NCBI GenBank assembly: GCA_001768515.1
Contig: MEOA01000010.1
Location: 64,161 to 128,160 of the forward strand
DNA length: 64,000 nucleotides
Source: Bacteroidetes bacterium GWE2_42_24
Lineage (GTDB): Bacteria > Bacteroidota > Bacteroidia > Bacteroidales > TTA-H9
Direction of reading: 5' to 3'
In this document: piece by piece, positions 10,696-20,013 of the stretch
Position numbering within the stretch: the stretch's first letter is position 1
How the letters are laid out: every line of letters starts with the position of its first letter
Program-made: the position numbers and the translations under genes
The notes under the pieces: generated by a model
The model's input: the letters and a program-made list of their open reading frames with translations, nothing else
Database searches by the model: none
Told to the model about the DNA's origin: nothing

Positions 10696-11418
10696 TTATT
10701 GCCAGCCGGAAGCCAATACATCGATCAGGTGAATGGTCTTAATCGGTAAATTGTTCTTCTTTATATAGCCTTCCATGTGCATTAAACAACTCGCATCAGT
10801 ACTCACTATATAGCTTGCTCCTGTAGCAAGGGCATTCCCTACTTTCTGCTCAGCCATAGCCACAGAAATGGGTTCATGCTTTATCGTAAAGCTACCTCCA
10901 AATCCACAACAGACATCCCGCTCTTCCATCTCAACCAATTCAAGACCCTTAACTTTTGAAAGCAAAATGCGGGGTTGATCTGTAAGACCATACTCACGCT
11001 GCGCTGCACAACTATCATGAAAGGTCACCTTCTCAGGAAAAACAGCCCCGAAATCGACAACATGTGCCACATTTACCATAAAATCGGTAAACTCATAGAT
11101 ATTGCGTTTCAGTTGCTTATACTCATTATGTAAGGCCGAATTGTGAAAAAGCTGCTGGTAATAATTCCTGACATAACCTGCACACGAAGCAGAAGGACCT
11201 ACAACTGGCCGGTCGTGAGGAAAATCTTTGATAAACTTTTCTCCAATGGCTTTTGCTTCATCCATAAAGCCACTGTTAAAGGCCATCTGACCGCAACAAG
11301 TCTGGTTGGAATTATAATTAACCTTAATACCGGCCTTTTTCAGAATTTTTATCATGTTAATCCCAGTCCCGGGATATACCTGATCGATGAAACAGGGAAT
11401 GAATACGTCTACTTCCAT
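10696..11418 (-). CDS. (Fe-S)-binding oxidoreductase with two CCG domains (LutA/GlpC-like)
   Basis: 240 aa with duplicated cysteine-rich CCG motifs (CCGQMAFNSG and CCGFGGSF). No lutB/lutC partner lies next to it. Confidence 0.7.
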   Translation of the reverse strand: MEVDVFIPCFIDQVYPGTGINMIKILKKAGIKVNYNSNQTCCGQMAFNSGFMDEAKAIGEKFIKDFPHDRPVVGPSASCAGYVRNYYQQLFHNSALHNEYKQLKRNIYEFTDFMVNVAHVVDFGAVFPEKVTFHDSCAAQREYGLTDQPRILLSKVKGLELVEMEERDVCCGFGGSFTIKHEPISVAMAEQKVGNALATGASYIVSTDASCLMHMEGYIKKNNLPIKTIHLIDVLASGWQ

Positions 11419-11486
11419 GAGGCTTATAATTATTCATGCAAAGTTATCGAAATAATGAATGATATTTATTGTCAGAAAAAAATCAA

Positions 11487-12731
11487 CTATCCCAGAGTAA
11501 TACCTACCTGCTGAAGATGGTAAAAAAAACCGGGATATGACTTTCCAACAACCAGAGGATCATCAATCAAAAGAGGCTGTGTAAGCACAACAAGGGGGGC
11601 GAAAGCAAAAGCAATACGGTGGTCATCGTAAAAATCCACACTTCCGTGATGTAATCCACGATGCCGGCTGATCTCTACCGAATCATCATCAACTATCTTA
11701 AACGAGCCTCCCAGTTCAGTAATTCCTTTACACATTGCCTTCAACCGGTCGGTTTCCTTTATCCGCAGGGTATTCAGCCCTGTTATTCTTTGGGAAATAT
11801 TCAACCCGGCCAGCGTGGCAAGATAGCATGGGGCAAGATCGGGATAATCAGAAAAGTCAATGGTCGATGGAAGCATACCCACCTGCCCGGTATTAAAGAT
11901 CGTCAGGCCTGTATCAGATGATACAGTTACGACACCAAAACAGCGATAAAGATTTGTAATCTTTTCATCTCCCTGTAATCCATTCGTGGTCAAATTTTTA
12001 AAATAGATTTTAAGTGCGGGATTCAATGCCACCAGCTCATACCATGGAGCAGTAGCCGACCAATCGGCAAAACCCTGCACAGGGATACTTTTATAGAGGC
12101 CGGCACTTATTTTGATAAAATGCTCGTTTAGGTCAACTCCGATTCCGGCATCCTGCATCAACCTTGCGGTCATCTGAACGTAGGGCTCTGAAATAAGCTT
12201 CCCTTTCATTCTTATGGATATCCCCCTTTTCATGGCAGGGGCAATTAACATCAGTGCCGATACAAACTGGCTGCTGATCGTTGCCTCAACATCAACCTGC
12301 CCACCATCCAGCTTTCTGCCTGTAATCACAAGGGGTAAAGAATCATCCGGTGTCTCGCTTTCAATCAGGGCACCAAGCTGACGTAACGCATCAATCAATG
12401 GTTTCATCGGACGCTGCTGCATGCGCTCAGTCCCCCTAAGTATGAATTGGCCGTTGCAAATTGACAACAAGGCCGTCAAAAACCTGGCCACTGTTCCGGC
12501 AGCACCGCAGTCCAGGTTAAGCACGCCATCCTCTGCGCGATGAGCTGCAACCCGTTGAAGAAGTTTATTCATAACAAGCATATCTTCTGGGCTATTAACT
12601 GATATAGCATCCAACGGGTACGATTGCAAAAAACGCATGATCATGAGTCTGTTTGCAATGCTTTTTGATTCAGGAAGGTCGATAACTGCCTCCCTGATTC
12701 CAGGTTTATAAAGGAGTGGCAAATAACTCAC
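11487..12731 (-). CDS. aroA: 3-phosphoshikimate 1-carboxyvinyltransferase (EPSP synthase)
   Basis: 414 aa with an LPESKSIANR motif (LPGSKSxSNR type) and a two-domain EPSPS layout. 4-nt overlap with aroB. Confidence 0.9.
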   Translation of the reverse strand: MSYLPLLYKPGIREAVIDLPESKSIANRLMIMRFLQSYPLDAISVNSPEDMLVMNKLLQRVAAHRAEDGVLNLDCGAAGTVARFLTALLSICNGQFILRGTERMQQRPMKPLIDALRQLGALIESETPDDSLPLVITGRKLDGGQVDVEATISSQFVSALMLIAPAMKRGISIRMKGKLISEPYVQMTARLMQDAGIGVDLNEHFIKISAGLYKSIPVQGFADWSATAPWYELVALNPALKIYFKNLTTNGLQGDEKITNLYRCFGVVTVSSDTGLTIFNTGQVGMLPSTIDFSDYPDLAPCYLATLAGLNISQRITGLNTLRIKETDRLKAMCKGITELGGSFKIVDDDSVEISRHRGLHHGSVDFYDDHRIAFAFAPLVVLTQPLLIDDPLVVGKSYPGFFYHLQQVGITLG

Positions 12732-13819
12732 GATAATAAACTTAAGACCAATTCAACTTCTTCCCTGACCGACTCGGCGGCAATTTCCTGATCAAACAAT
12801 GGCATTCCGGGTTCCTTCAGCAAAACAAAGCGCAAAGAATTGCCGACATTCTTTTTATCATATCTCAGGAATTGCATTAACGACATTGAAGTCATCCCAC
12901 ATGTTTTCGGTATTGAAAAATTATTCAGAATGAATTCTTCCCATTTTGCTGCAAAATCAGGACTCAATCCGGCAACCCTGACAGAAAGACGCAAAGCAAC
13001 CAGCATACCAGCGGCTACCGCCTCACCGTGAAGCCACGGCTCAGCGTTCGCCAGTAATGAAGCTGATTCGAAAGCATGGCCAACGGTATGCCCGAAATTC
13101 AAGATTTTACGCTGCCCTATTTCGTACAGATCAGCATTTACCACGCTGTCTTTAAATTTCACAGAGGCCTCAACCAAAGATGCCAATGTTGCCGGATCGG
13201 CAGGTAATCCGTGGTTTACGAGCCGCAACGCCTCACCTCCCTGCAGAAATGCATGCTTAAGGCATTCAGCAAAGCCGGACTTTAACTCCCGCGAAGGGAG
13301 CCACTTCAAAAAACCCGTCCAGATAATGACCTCATCGGCCCGGGAAAAGGTACCGATCTGATTCTTGGCTCCGCCAAGGTTAACCCCCGTCTTCCCACCT
13401 ACTGAAGCATCAATCATGGACAAAAGTGTGGTCGGGATATTAATAAACCGGATACCCCGTTTGAAAATCGATGCAGCAAAACCACCAAGATCAGACACTA
13501 CACCCCCACCTATATTAATAATCAACGAATTGCGATCCATTCCTGCTTCCAGCCATTCCTGACTAAGCTGTTCGACGACCGTTAATGATTTGGATGCTTC
13601 TCCTGGCTTAACAACAGACATATGTGCAGAAGATGAGATTTTCTGCAGCAGTCCTGTCTGTTCAATCACGGTTTCTTCAACATTCCGGTCAGTAAGCACG
13701 CCAACCGAAGCAAATCCGGGGATACGGCGTCGTAACCTGGACACTAGCCCAGCCATATCGTTAACCATCAACACATTATCTGACAGCCTGATCATAAAAT
13801 TACTATTTTGCAGAGCCAT
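12728..13819 (-). CDS. aroB: 3-dehydroquinate synthase
   Basis: 363 aa with GGGVVSDLGGFAAS nucleotide-binding motif, NFGHTVGHAFE metal-binding motif and LHGEAVAAGM. Confidence 0.9.
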   Translation of the reverse strand: MALQNSNFMIRLSDNVLMVNDMAGLVSRLRRRIPGFASVGVLTDRNVEETVIEQTGLLQKISSSAHMSVVKPGEASKSLTVVEQLSQEWLEAGMDRNSLIINIGGGVVSDLGGFAASIFKRGIRFINIPTTLLSMIDASVGGKTGVNLGGAKNQIGTFSRADEVIIWTGFLKWLPSRELKSGFAECLKHAFLQGGEALRLVNHGLPADPATLASLVEASVKFKDSVVNADLYEIGQRKILNFGHTVGHAFESASLLANAEPWLHGEAVAAGMLVALRLSVRVAGLSPDFAAKWEEFILNNFSIPKTCGMTSMSLMQFLRYDKKNVGNSLRFVLLKEPGMPLFDQEIAAESVREEVELVLSLLS

Positions 13820-13944
13820 TGAAAAGCGATGGCAATTTACGAAAAAGAAAGGAGCCTGTCATTCTGTCGCTGCAGGAGCCATTTGCCCGAAGAAAACAAA
13901 CATGGAACAATCTTTGAACATATTCAAAAAAATAGATATAATAA

Positions 13945-14280
13945 ATGGATATAAATAAGCCTGTACATATTAATTCGATGAATTTCGAAAAAGTAATCAG
14001 AAAGGGGATTGTACTCGTTGATTTCTGGGCTCCATGGTGTAGCCCCTGCCGTGCGATGGAACCAGTATTGGATGACCTGGCCTCGCATCTGGAAGGGAAA
14101 GGCCTCATCACAAAAATAAATGTCGATGAAAACCCCAGCATTTCATCGCGATACGGAATTTTTAGCATTCCAACCATGATAATTTTTCATGACGGGAAGG
14201 AATTTAGACGTTTCACGGGAGGTCAATCTTCAGAAAAATTACAGAAAATTATAACCGATCAATACAACAACACCATATGA
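13945..14280 (+). CDS. thioredoxin (atypical WCSPC active site)
   Basis: 111 aa with FWAPWCSPCR and the downstream FSIPT cis-Pro loop; thioredoxin length. Confidence 0.85.
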   Translation: MDINKPVHINSMNFEKVIRKGIVLVDFWAPWCSPCRAMEPVLDDLASHLEGKGLITKINVDENPSISSRYGIFSIPTMIIFHDGKEFRRFTGGQSSEKLQKIITDQYNNTI

Positions 14281-14495
14281 TAACAAAAGACAAGCTGAGA
14301 AAAATGTGGCCCTCGCTGGCAGGAATTGTTGCAGGCATTGCAGGAGGATACCTCTACTACATCGAAATCGGGTGTAGCAGCGGCACCTGCCCGCTCACCG
14401 GCAACCCATGGATGACTATGCTTTGGGGAGGTGTGATGGGGTACCTTGTTGGTGATATGTTTGTTAAAAAAGAGCAGGGTAAAAATCAGTCGTAA
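14277..14495 (+). CDS. small two-helix membrane protein with CSSGTC motif
   Basis: 72 aa. ATGA start/stop overlap with the thioredoxin gene. Two hydrophobic helices flank GCSSGTCPL. Confidence 0.5.
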   Translation: MITKDKLRKMWPSLAGIVAGIAGGYLYYIEIGCSSGTCPLTGNPWMTMLWGGVMGYLVGDMFVKKEQGKNQS

Positions 14496-14975
14496 AATAG
14501 CTTATAAATCAGTCTTTCCATTAACATAGCATAATGCTGGTATACTCCGGCGTCAGTTACCCGCGATGTTGAATTCAAACTTATTACTTCCAAATATCCT
14601 GTTTAAAACAACAACCAGTACAGGGCTTTTTCGTACAGCTCGCATTACTGCAATTGTTTGGCAGTAATACAGTCAATCATGATAGATAAGACTCCTGCCG
14701 GTAGTGGGTAAATGAAAGGGTATGGCATCTGCACTTAACGCCATCGTTTTCTTTTGCCGGATAGTTATATCAACCCCTTATTGCCATATTTCGACAATAT
14801 ATTGATTAAAATTCAGGATCATCAGACACACTGATGTGAAAAGCTCTGCCTGGATTGCACTAACAATCAACTATTGGATGCCGCTGGATGATAGGTCTAT
14901 ATCAATTCCGCCGACAGCCACATAGAACTATTTCATATCCTCAAATTTTAGAGCCGGTTTGCGTTAAAATCAGCA

Positions 14976-15111
14976 AAAAACCCACATTATTCTACAACAA
15001 AACAACAAATATTCAAAATACTGATTAACAGGGGTAAAATATAGTGTCGCTTCGTTGTCGCTTCGAAGCGGCTTCGAAGCGGCTTCGTATTTTTTCGAAA
15101 CGATAACGAAG
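14976..15111 (+). repeat. 136-nt non-coding element, copy A (19-mer + four 11-nt GCTTCG units)
   Basis: A hand alignment without gaps to 47968-48103 gives 105 of 136 identical positions. AAAAACCCACATTATTCTA is identical in both copies. Units tcGCTTCGttg, tcGCTTCGaag, cgGCTTCGaag and cgGCTTCGtat lie at 15047-15090. Confidence 0.8.
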
Positions 15112-15885
15112 CCATTATGAACAAGCCCCGAATGAAATATAACTTAGGTATAATTTATGTAAGAAGAAGAGAGGAGCAGTTTTTTAACCTGAAAAGTAAA
15201 ATCAGTGAGAGAGGTTTATGCTTCTTGCTCGGAAGCAAAGAAACCGGCGCCATCTGGCATAAGCTGATGGATTGATTGTTAATAAATTAATGGCAAGCAT
15301 CGGGGAATAGCTGCATGAAAAGATGCACCTTTCGTCTGTAATTTGCCAATAATTCCCACATCAAAAAAGGCTGGCTTTCAAACAGGATGAAAACAGAAAA
15401 AGTTGTGACTTATCGAATCTGAAGGGCTACGACTGGTTATCTTTGCACAGCAAAACACCTTTTGTATTCCATTCCATTACGTATTGGAACACGGACATAA
15501 CCTACTTCAGTTCCATCTGGAATATGAGACCTTATATCGATCAGTAAATATTTTCATGTTATGGTGGAGAGGAGCTTCCTGCGATAAAAACCATTACCCT
15601 TCATAACTATTGGCCTTTATACTGTTCATGCAATTCGGGGCAGAACCTCAAATAGTTAACTTGCAGAAATCAAAAAAGATATTGAACGCTAATCGATAGG
15701 CTCCAAAAGACTTCTTTGTCTTATTAGTATGATTTACATTCGGAGAAAAATCACAATATGACCTCGGAATTGACCTCAATTAAAAGTCTGATTAACTGGC
15801 AAATAAGCTTCAGGATATACGAAAAGAGGAAGGGCGATTAACCAGAAACCGGAGAGAAACAATGATGAACAGACAAAACAGTGTT

Positions 15886-16251
15886 TTATTCCTTCTGGCT
15901 GATCAACCTGAGTTCATCTTTTACTTTTTTGGGCAGCGAAGCCACAACCAGCTCGTAAGAGTGGTCAATCCATTGCATGACAATCTCATCACTTACAGAA
16001 CCGTCGATCAGGACAGTATTCCACAATCTCTTATTCATGTGATAACCAGGAGAAACACAAGCATATTGTTCACGAAGACGAATGGCAAGATCCGGGTCGC
16101 ATTTCAGGCTGATAGAAAAAGCATCTTCCAGATCGGTAAGGGCAAACATTTTATTCATTACCTTGATAACCAATGTAGTTTCATCAAAAGGGAAAGAATC
16201 GGTAGCACCGGCTTTCTGCAGGCAATAGTTATGAAAGGATTCTATATTCAT
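15886..16251 (-). CDS. MmcQ/YjbR-family protein
   Basis: 121 aa with a YjbR-like pattern (FPFDETTLVIKVMNKMFAL, GYHMNKRLWNTV, SYELV). The fully overlapping + strand ORF 15862..16266 is treated as a shadow ORF. Confidence 0.8.
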   Translation of the reverse strand: MNIESFHNYCLQKAGATDSFPFDETTLVIKVMNKMFALTDLEDAFSISLKCDPDLAIRLREQYACVSPGYHMNKRLWNTVLIDGSVSDEIVMQWIDHSYELVVASLPKKVKDELRLISQKE

Positions 16252-16455
16252 GTTAAAAAAGTTTAAAAAAAAAGAGACTACAAAAGTAGTAACATCAGAC
16301 TATCAAAGGCAAAGGTGAAAACGAATTGTTAAAACAGGCATGTGATGAAATAGGATGGTACCATGATAACGCAATAGTGTGGTTAAAATGGATTATTTTT
16401 GCCGGTATCGTGGCAAAATTTGTATTGAACTCAACTGAAAGTTAACCAAAAAGCG

Positions 16456-18006
16456 TTGCTTATGTTACTAAGTTCCAAGACGTCAGACCTCAAAAAGAGG
16501 ATGCGTGAAGCACTTCAGGGTGGTGGCTCAAAGGCCATTCAAAGCCAGAAGTCTAAAGGGAAACTAACAGCGCGGGAGCGTATTCTTGCCCTGCTCGATC
16601 CCAAAACATTCCATGAATATGATCTTTTCGTGTCTCATGCGGGAAAAGATTTCGACATGGATAAAAAATTCCTGCCAGGCGATGGTGTTGTCACCGGGAC
16701 TGGAACCATCAACGGTTATCCGGTGTGTATATACGCCCAGGATTTTACTGTTGCCGGAGGAAGTCTGGGCTATGCTCATGCCAAGAAGATTGTCAAGATC
16801 ATGGAACAGGCTATGAAACTGAAGGTACCAATTATTGGTATCAACGACTCAGGTGGAGCTCGTATCCAGGAAGGTGTGAATGCGCTGGCCGGTTACGGAG
16901 ATATCTTCTTCCGCAACACGATGGCCTCAGGCGTGATTCCACAAATAAGTGTTATTCTTGGCCCCTGTGCCGGAGGTGCTGTCTATTCTCCAGCCCTTAC
17001 AGATTTTGTATTCGTGGTTGACAAGATCTCTCAGATGTTTATCACCGGTCCTGAAGTAATCAAGACTGTATTGGGTGAAGAAATATCCAAGGAAGATCTT
17101 GGCGGGGCACGAGTACAGGCTGAAATAACTGGAAATGCCCATTTCTTTGCCGACAGTGAAATTCAATGTTTTGAACAGATCAAACAGCTTGTGAGCTTCA
17201 TTCCCTGGAATAACGAGAACAAAGCCAAGCCTTTCCCCAAAAAAGCACCAAAACGGCAATACAAAATCGAAGAGATTATTCCGGTTGATCCTTCTGAGCC
17301 TTATGATGTTAGAAATGTTATCAAATCGATATGCGATGACAGTGAATTTCTTGAGGTTCAGGAACGGTTCGCCCGTAATATTGTCATCGGTTTTGGACGT
17401 ATTGGTGGTCAGACAGTAGGTGTTGTTGCTAATCAGCCTATGTACCTGGCGGGAGTACTCGATGTTGACAGCTCAGATAAGGCAGCTCGTTTTATCCGTT
17501 ACTGCGACTCATTTAACATCCCGCTGGTAACTCTGGTCGATTTACCCGGCTATCTTCCGGGTGTTGATCAGGAATATGCAGGGGTTATCAGGCATGGCGC
17601 AAAGATGTTGTATGCCTATTCTGAAGCAACAGTGCCCAAGATTACCCTTATTCTGCGCAAAGCGTATGGTGGTGGATATATTGCTATGTGTTCGCACCAT
17701 CTAAAAGCAGATTTCGTTTTTGCATGGCCAACCGCCGAGATAGCCGTAATGGGCCCGGAAGGAGCTGCTAATATCATTTTCAGAAAAGAAATCACTGAAG
17801 CTGAGAACCCCGAGGAAATGCGCCGCCAAAAGATAGACGAATACAAGGATAAATTCGCCAATCCTTATGTTGCTGCTGCATACGGATATGTAGATGCCGT
17901 TATTGAACCTGCAGAAACAAGACATTTCCTGACCCATGCGCTTGAAATCTCGCAAAATAAAGCGGAACAACGGCCATGGAAAAAGCATGGCATCCCTCCA
18001 TTTTAA
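16456..18006 (+). CDS. acyl-CoA carboxyltransferase (methylmalonyl-CoA decarboxylase alpha / propionyl-CoA carboxylase beta family)
   Basis: 516 aa with the two-lobed carboxyltransferase pattern (INDSGGARIQEG, GPCAGGAVYSPALTDF, YGGGYIAM). The start may be the ATG at 16462 rather than the TTG at 16456. Confidence 0.85.
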   Translation: MLMLLSSKTSDLKKRMREALQGGGSKAIQSQKSKGKLTARERILALLDPKTFHEYDLFVSHAGKDFDMDKKFLPGDGVVTGTGTINGYPVCIYAQDFTVAGGSLGYAHAKKIVKIMEQAMKLKVPIIGINDSGGARIQEGVNALAGYGDIFFRNTMASGVIPQISVILGPCAGGAVYSPALTDFVFVVDKISQMFITGPEVIKTVLGEEISKEDLGGARVQAEITGNAHFFADSEIQCFEQIKQLVSFIPWNNENKAKPFPKKAPKRQYKIEEIIPVDPSEPYDVRNVIKSICDDSEFLEVQERFARNIVIGFGRIGGQTVGVVANQPMYLAGVLDVDSSDKAARFIRYCDSFNIPLVTLVDLPGYLPGVDQEYAGVIRHGAKMLYAYSEATVPKITLILRKAYGGGYIAMCSHHLKADFVFAWPTAEIAVMGPEGAANIIFRKEITEAENPEEMRRQKIDEYKDKFANPYVAAAYGYVDAVIEPAETRHFLTHALEISQNKAEQRPWKKHGIPPF

Positions 18007-18053
18007 TAGATATACGCAACAACTTATCGATTCAATCATTGACGAATTCTACT

Positions 18054-18407
18054 ATGATGGAAAAAGAAAACATTGAAGAAAAACAGTCTCCTGTTCCTGA
18101 TAACCTCGAAGTTTTTCATGTTGAGGAGGGTTACTATAAAACCATTATCCCCGATCGGTTTAAAAACCGGAAGACGAAAGTCCCTCCGCAATCAAATATC
18201 GTTGCGCAGATTCCAGGAAAGATCGGCGAGATATTTGTGAAGGAGAATCAAAAAATAAAGGCAGGTGAACGACTTATGATGCTGGAAGCAATGAAAATGA
18301 ACAATATACTTACCTGCCCATTTTCAGGTACAATAAGAAACATTTTGATAGAAACCGGCGCAGTAGTCCCTAAGGGTGAACTGCTGATGATTATTGATCC
18401 TGCCTGA
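18054..18407 (+). CDS. biotin carboxyl carrier protein (biotinyl domain)
   Basis: EAMKM biotinylation motif in a C-terminal lipoyl/biotinyl fold. ATG at 18054 chosen inside ORF 17976..18407, because the upstream part overlaps the preceding gene. Confidence 0.8.
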   Translation: MMEKENIEEKQSPVPDNLEVFHVEEGYYKTIIPDRFKNRKTKVPPQSNIVAQIPGKIGEIFVKENQKIKAGERLMMLEAMKMNNILTCPFSGTIRNILIETGAVVPKGELLMIIDPA

Positions 18408-19020
18408 AGCCTCCGGGAGGGAGCAGAGAATTGGTAGCAGCCACGAAGCCTAACAATTCCTGTCGTCCTGCACCTGTATCGGCAGAGGTGACAAACAATT
18501 GCGGCAATTCCTCCCAGGATTGCCGCAATTTCTTCTTATAATAATCGAGATTTTTTTCCTGACCAATCTTTCCGAGTTTGTCAGTCTTGGTAAATACCAG
18601 GACAAAAGGCAATTCATTTTTAGCCATAAATTCCATAAAGGAGATATCAATGGCTTGTGGCTCAAGTCGGGAATCAATAAGTATGAATGTGCACATCAGA
18701 TTCTTTCTCAGGCGCAAGTATTCTGATATCATTCCAACCCAGTCATTACGCAACGATTTAGGAGTTTTGGCATAGCCAAAACCGGGTAAATCTGCCAGAT
18801 ACCAACTATTATCAACCAGAAAATGATTAATTGTTTGCGTCTTCCCGGGAGTAGAAGAAATCTTGGCAAGTCCCTTGCGTTCGCAGAGCATGTTGATAAG
18901 CGACGACTTACCCACATTTGACCGTCCAATAAAAGCAAACTCAGGCAATACCGGAGAAGGGCATTGTTTATATGAAATAACACTCGAGATAAACTCTGCT
19001 GTTTTGATTTTTAACCTCAC
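18391..19020 (-). CDS. engB: ribosome biogenesis GTPase YsxC/EngB
   Basis: G1 GRSNVGKSSLIN, G3 DLPGFGYA, G4 TKTDK. Confidence 0.9.
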   Translation of the reverse strand: MRLKIKTAEFISSVISYKQCPSPVLPEFAFIGRSNVGKSSLINMLCERKGLAKISSTPGKTQTINHFLVDNSWYLADLPGFGYAKTPKSLRNDWVGMISEYLRLRKNLMCTFILIDSRLEPQAIDISFMEFMAKNELPFVLVFTKTDKLGKIGQEKNLDYYKKKLRQSWEELPQLFVTSADTGAGRQELLGFVAATNSLLPPGGFRQDQ

Positions 19021-20006
19021 TTGTGGTTCCTCCTCACGCGAAGCGATAATCCCCTGAGATTAATCTTCTTAATATAAGAAGCCAGGTGCCTCGTTTTCTT
19101 CTTTTCGTAAACGTCATTAATAGTAATAAGTATGCCCGACTCTTCCACATCGCCAAAATGTTTGTTGATCGCAGCACCAAAAAATCTCATGGTAGGAGAA
19201 AGGTTCATGTAAGCATTAAATAGCGGCGGGATATTCTCCTTATACAGCCGGATCGTATGGTTGAGGATTCGATAATTTTCTTCGTAATTCTTTCCGGTGA
19301 AGAGTGCCGATAGCTCATCCGGATTGGTCATGATAGGCACAGGCTCAAATGGGACAACAAGTTTATCGGGATCAGGAAAATAACGATGCAGAAAAAACAG
19401 CAACACGTCACGTGCCATCAGATTATACTGAGAATACATTGTCATTTTCCCGAAGAAATAGCGCACACTTGGATTATCAATCACAATAGCTCCCAAACCA
19501 TCCCAGAGGTTGTCGAGCGAAAACATACCTTTCCGAACATTATAAGTTGCCTGGTATTTGGGCTGAACAAACGACCTTCCCAATTCAATGGTTTGAGGCA
19601 TAAACTCCCTTACAAATCTCTCAGAAAAATGAAACAGGCTGGCGGTAGGAGATTTAAACCGTCCATTCAGGTCGGTTCCGATATCCTTACAATGAATAAA
19701 CCGATATCCGCCAATGATCTCTTCATCGTCAGGATCCCAGACAATTAATTGCTTGAAAGGAACCCGGGAGGTATCATATTCATCAAGGTCCACCTCCATT
19801 CCGGTACCTCCCCCCCCATCGCGAAAAGAAATTTCACGTAAACGGCCTATCTCACGCATAGTATGTGGTGAGTCCTGTTGGGTAACCACAAATATTTGAC
19901 GGTTGCCGTAATTGGTGTTCCTGACAAACCGGGCCTCAGTCAACTCCGAAGCAATCAGATCACGATCGACCGGAGGAATTACTGGTTGCAAACTTATCTC
20001 TTCCAT
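19017..20006 (-). CDS. GNAT/hemolysin-like N-acyltransferase (GlsB/OlsB-like, N-acyl amino-acid lipid synthesis)
   Basis: 329 aa with EIGRLREISFRDGGGGTG, as in OlsB-type Acetyltransf_5 proteins. 4-nt overlap with engB, and directly downstream of a PlsC-type acyltransferase. Confidence 0.65.
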   Translation of the reverse strand: MEEISLQPVIPPVDRDLIASELTEARFVRNTNYGNRQIFVVTQQDSPHTMREIGRLREISFRDGGGGTGMEVDLDEYDTSRVPFKQLIVWDPDDEEIIGGYRFIHCKDIGTDLNGRFKSPTASLFHFSERFVREFMPQTIELGRSFVQPKYQATYNVRKGMFSLDNLWDGLGAIVIDNPSVRYFFGKMTMYSQYNLMARDVLLFFLHRYFPDPDKLVVPFEPVPIMTNPDELSALFTGKNYEENYRILNHTIRLYKENIPPLFNAYMNLSPTMRFFGAAINKHFGDVEESGILITINDVYEKKKTRHLASYIKKINLRGLSLRVRRNHK

Positions 20007-20013
20007 AGCAGCA

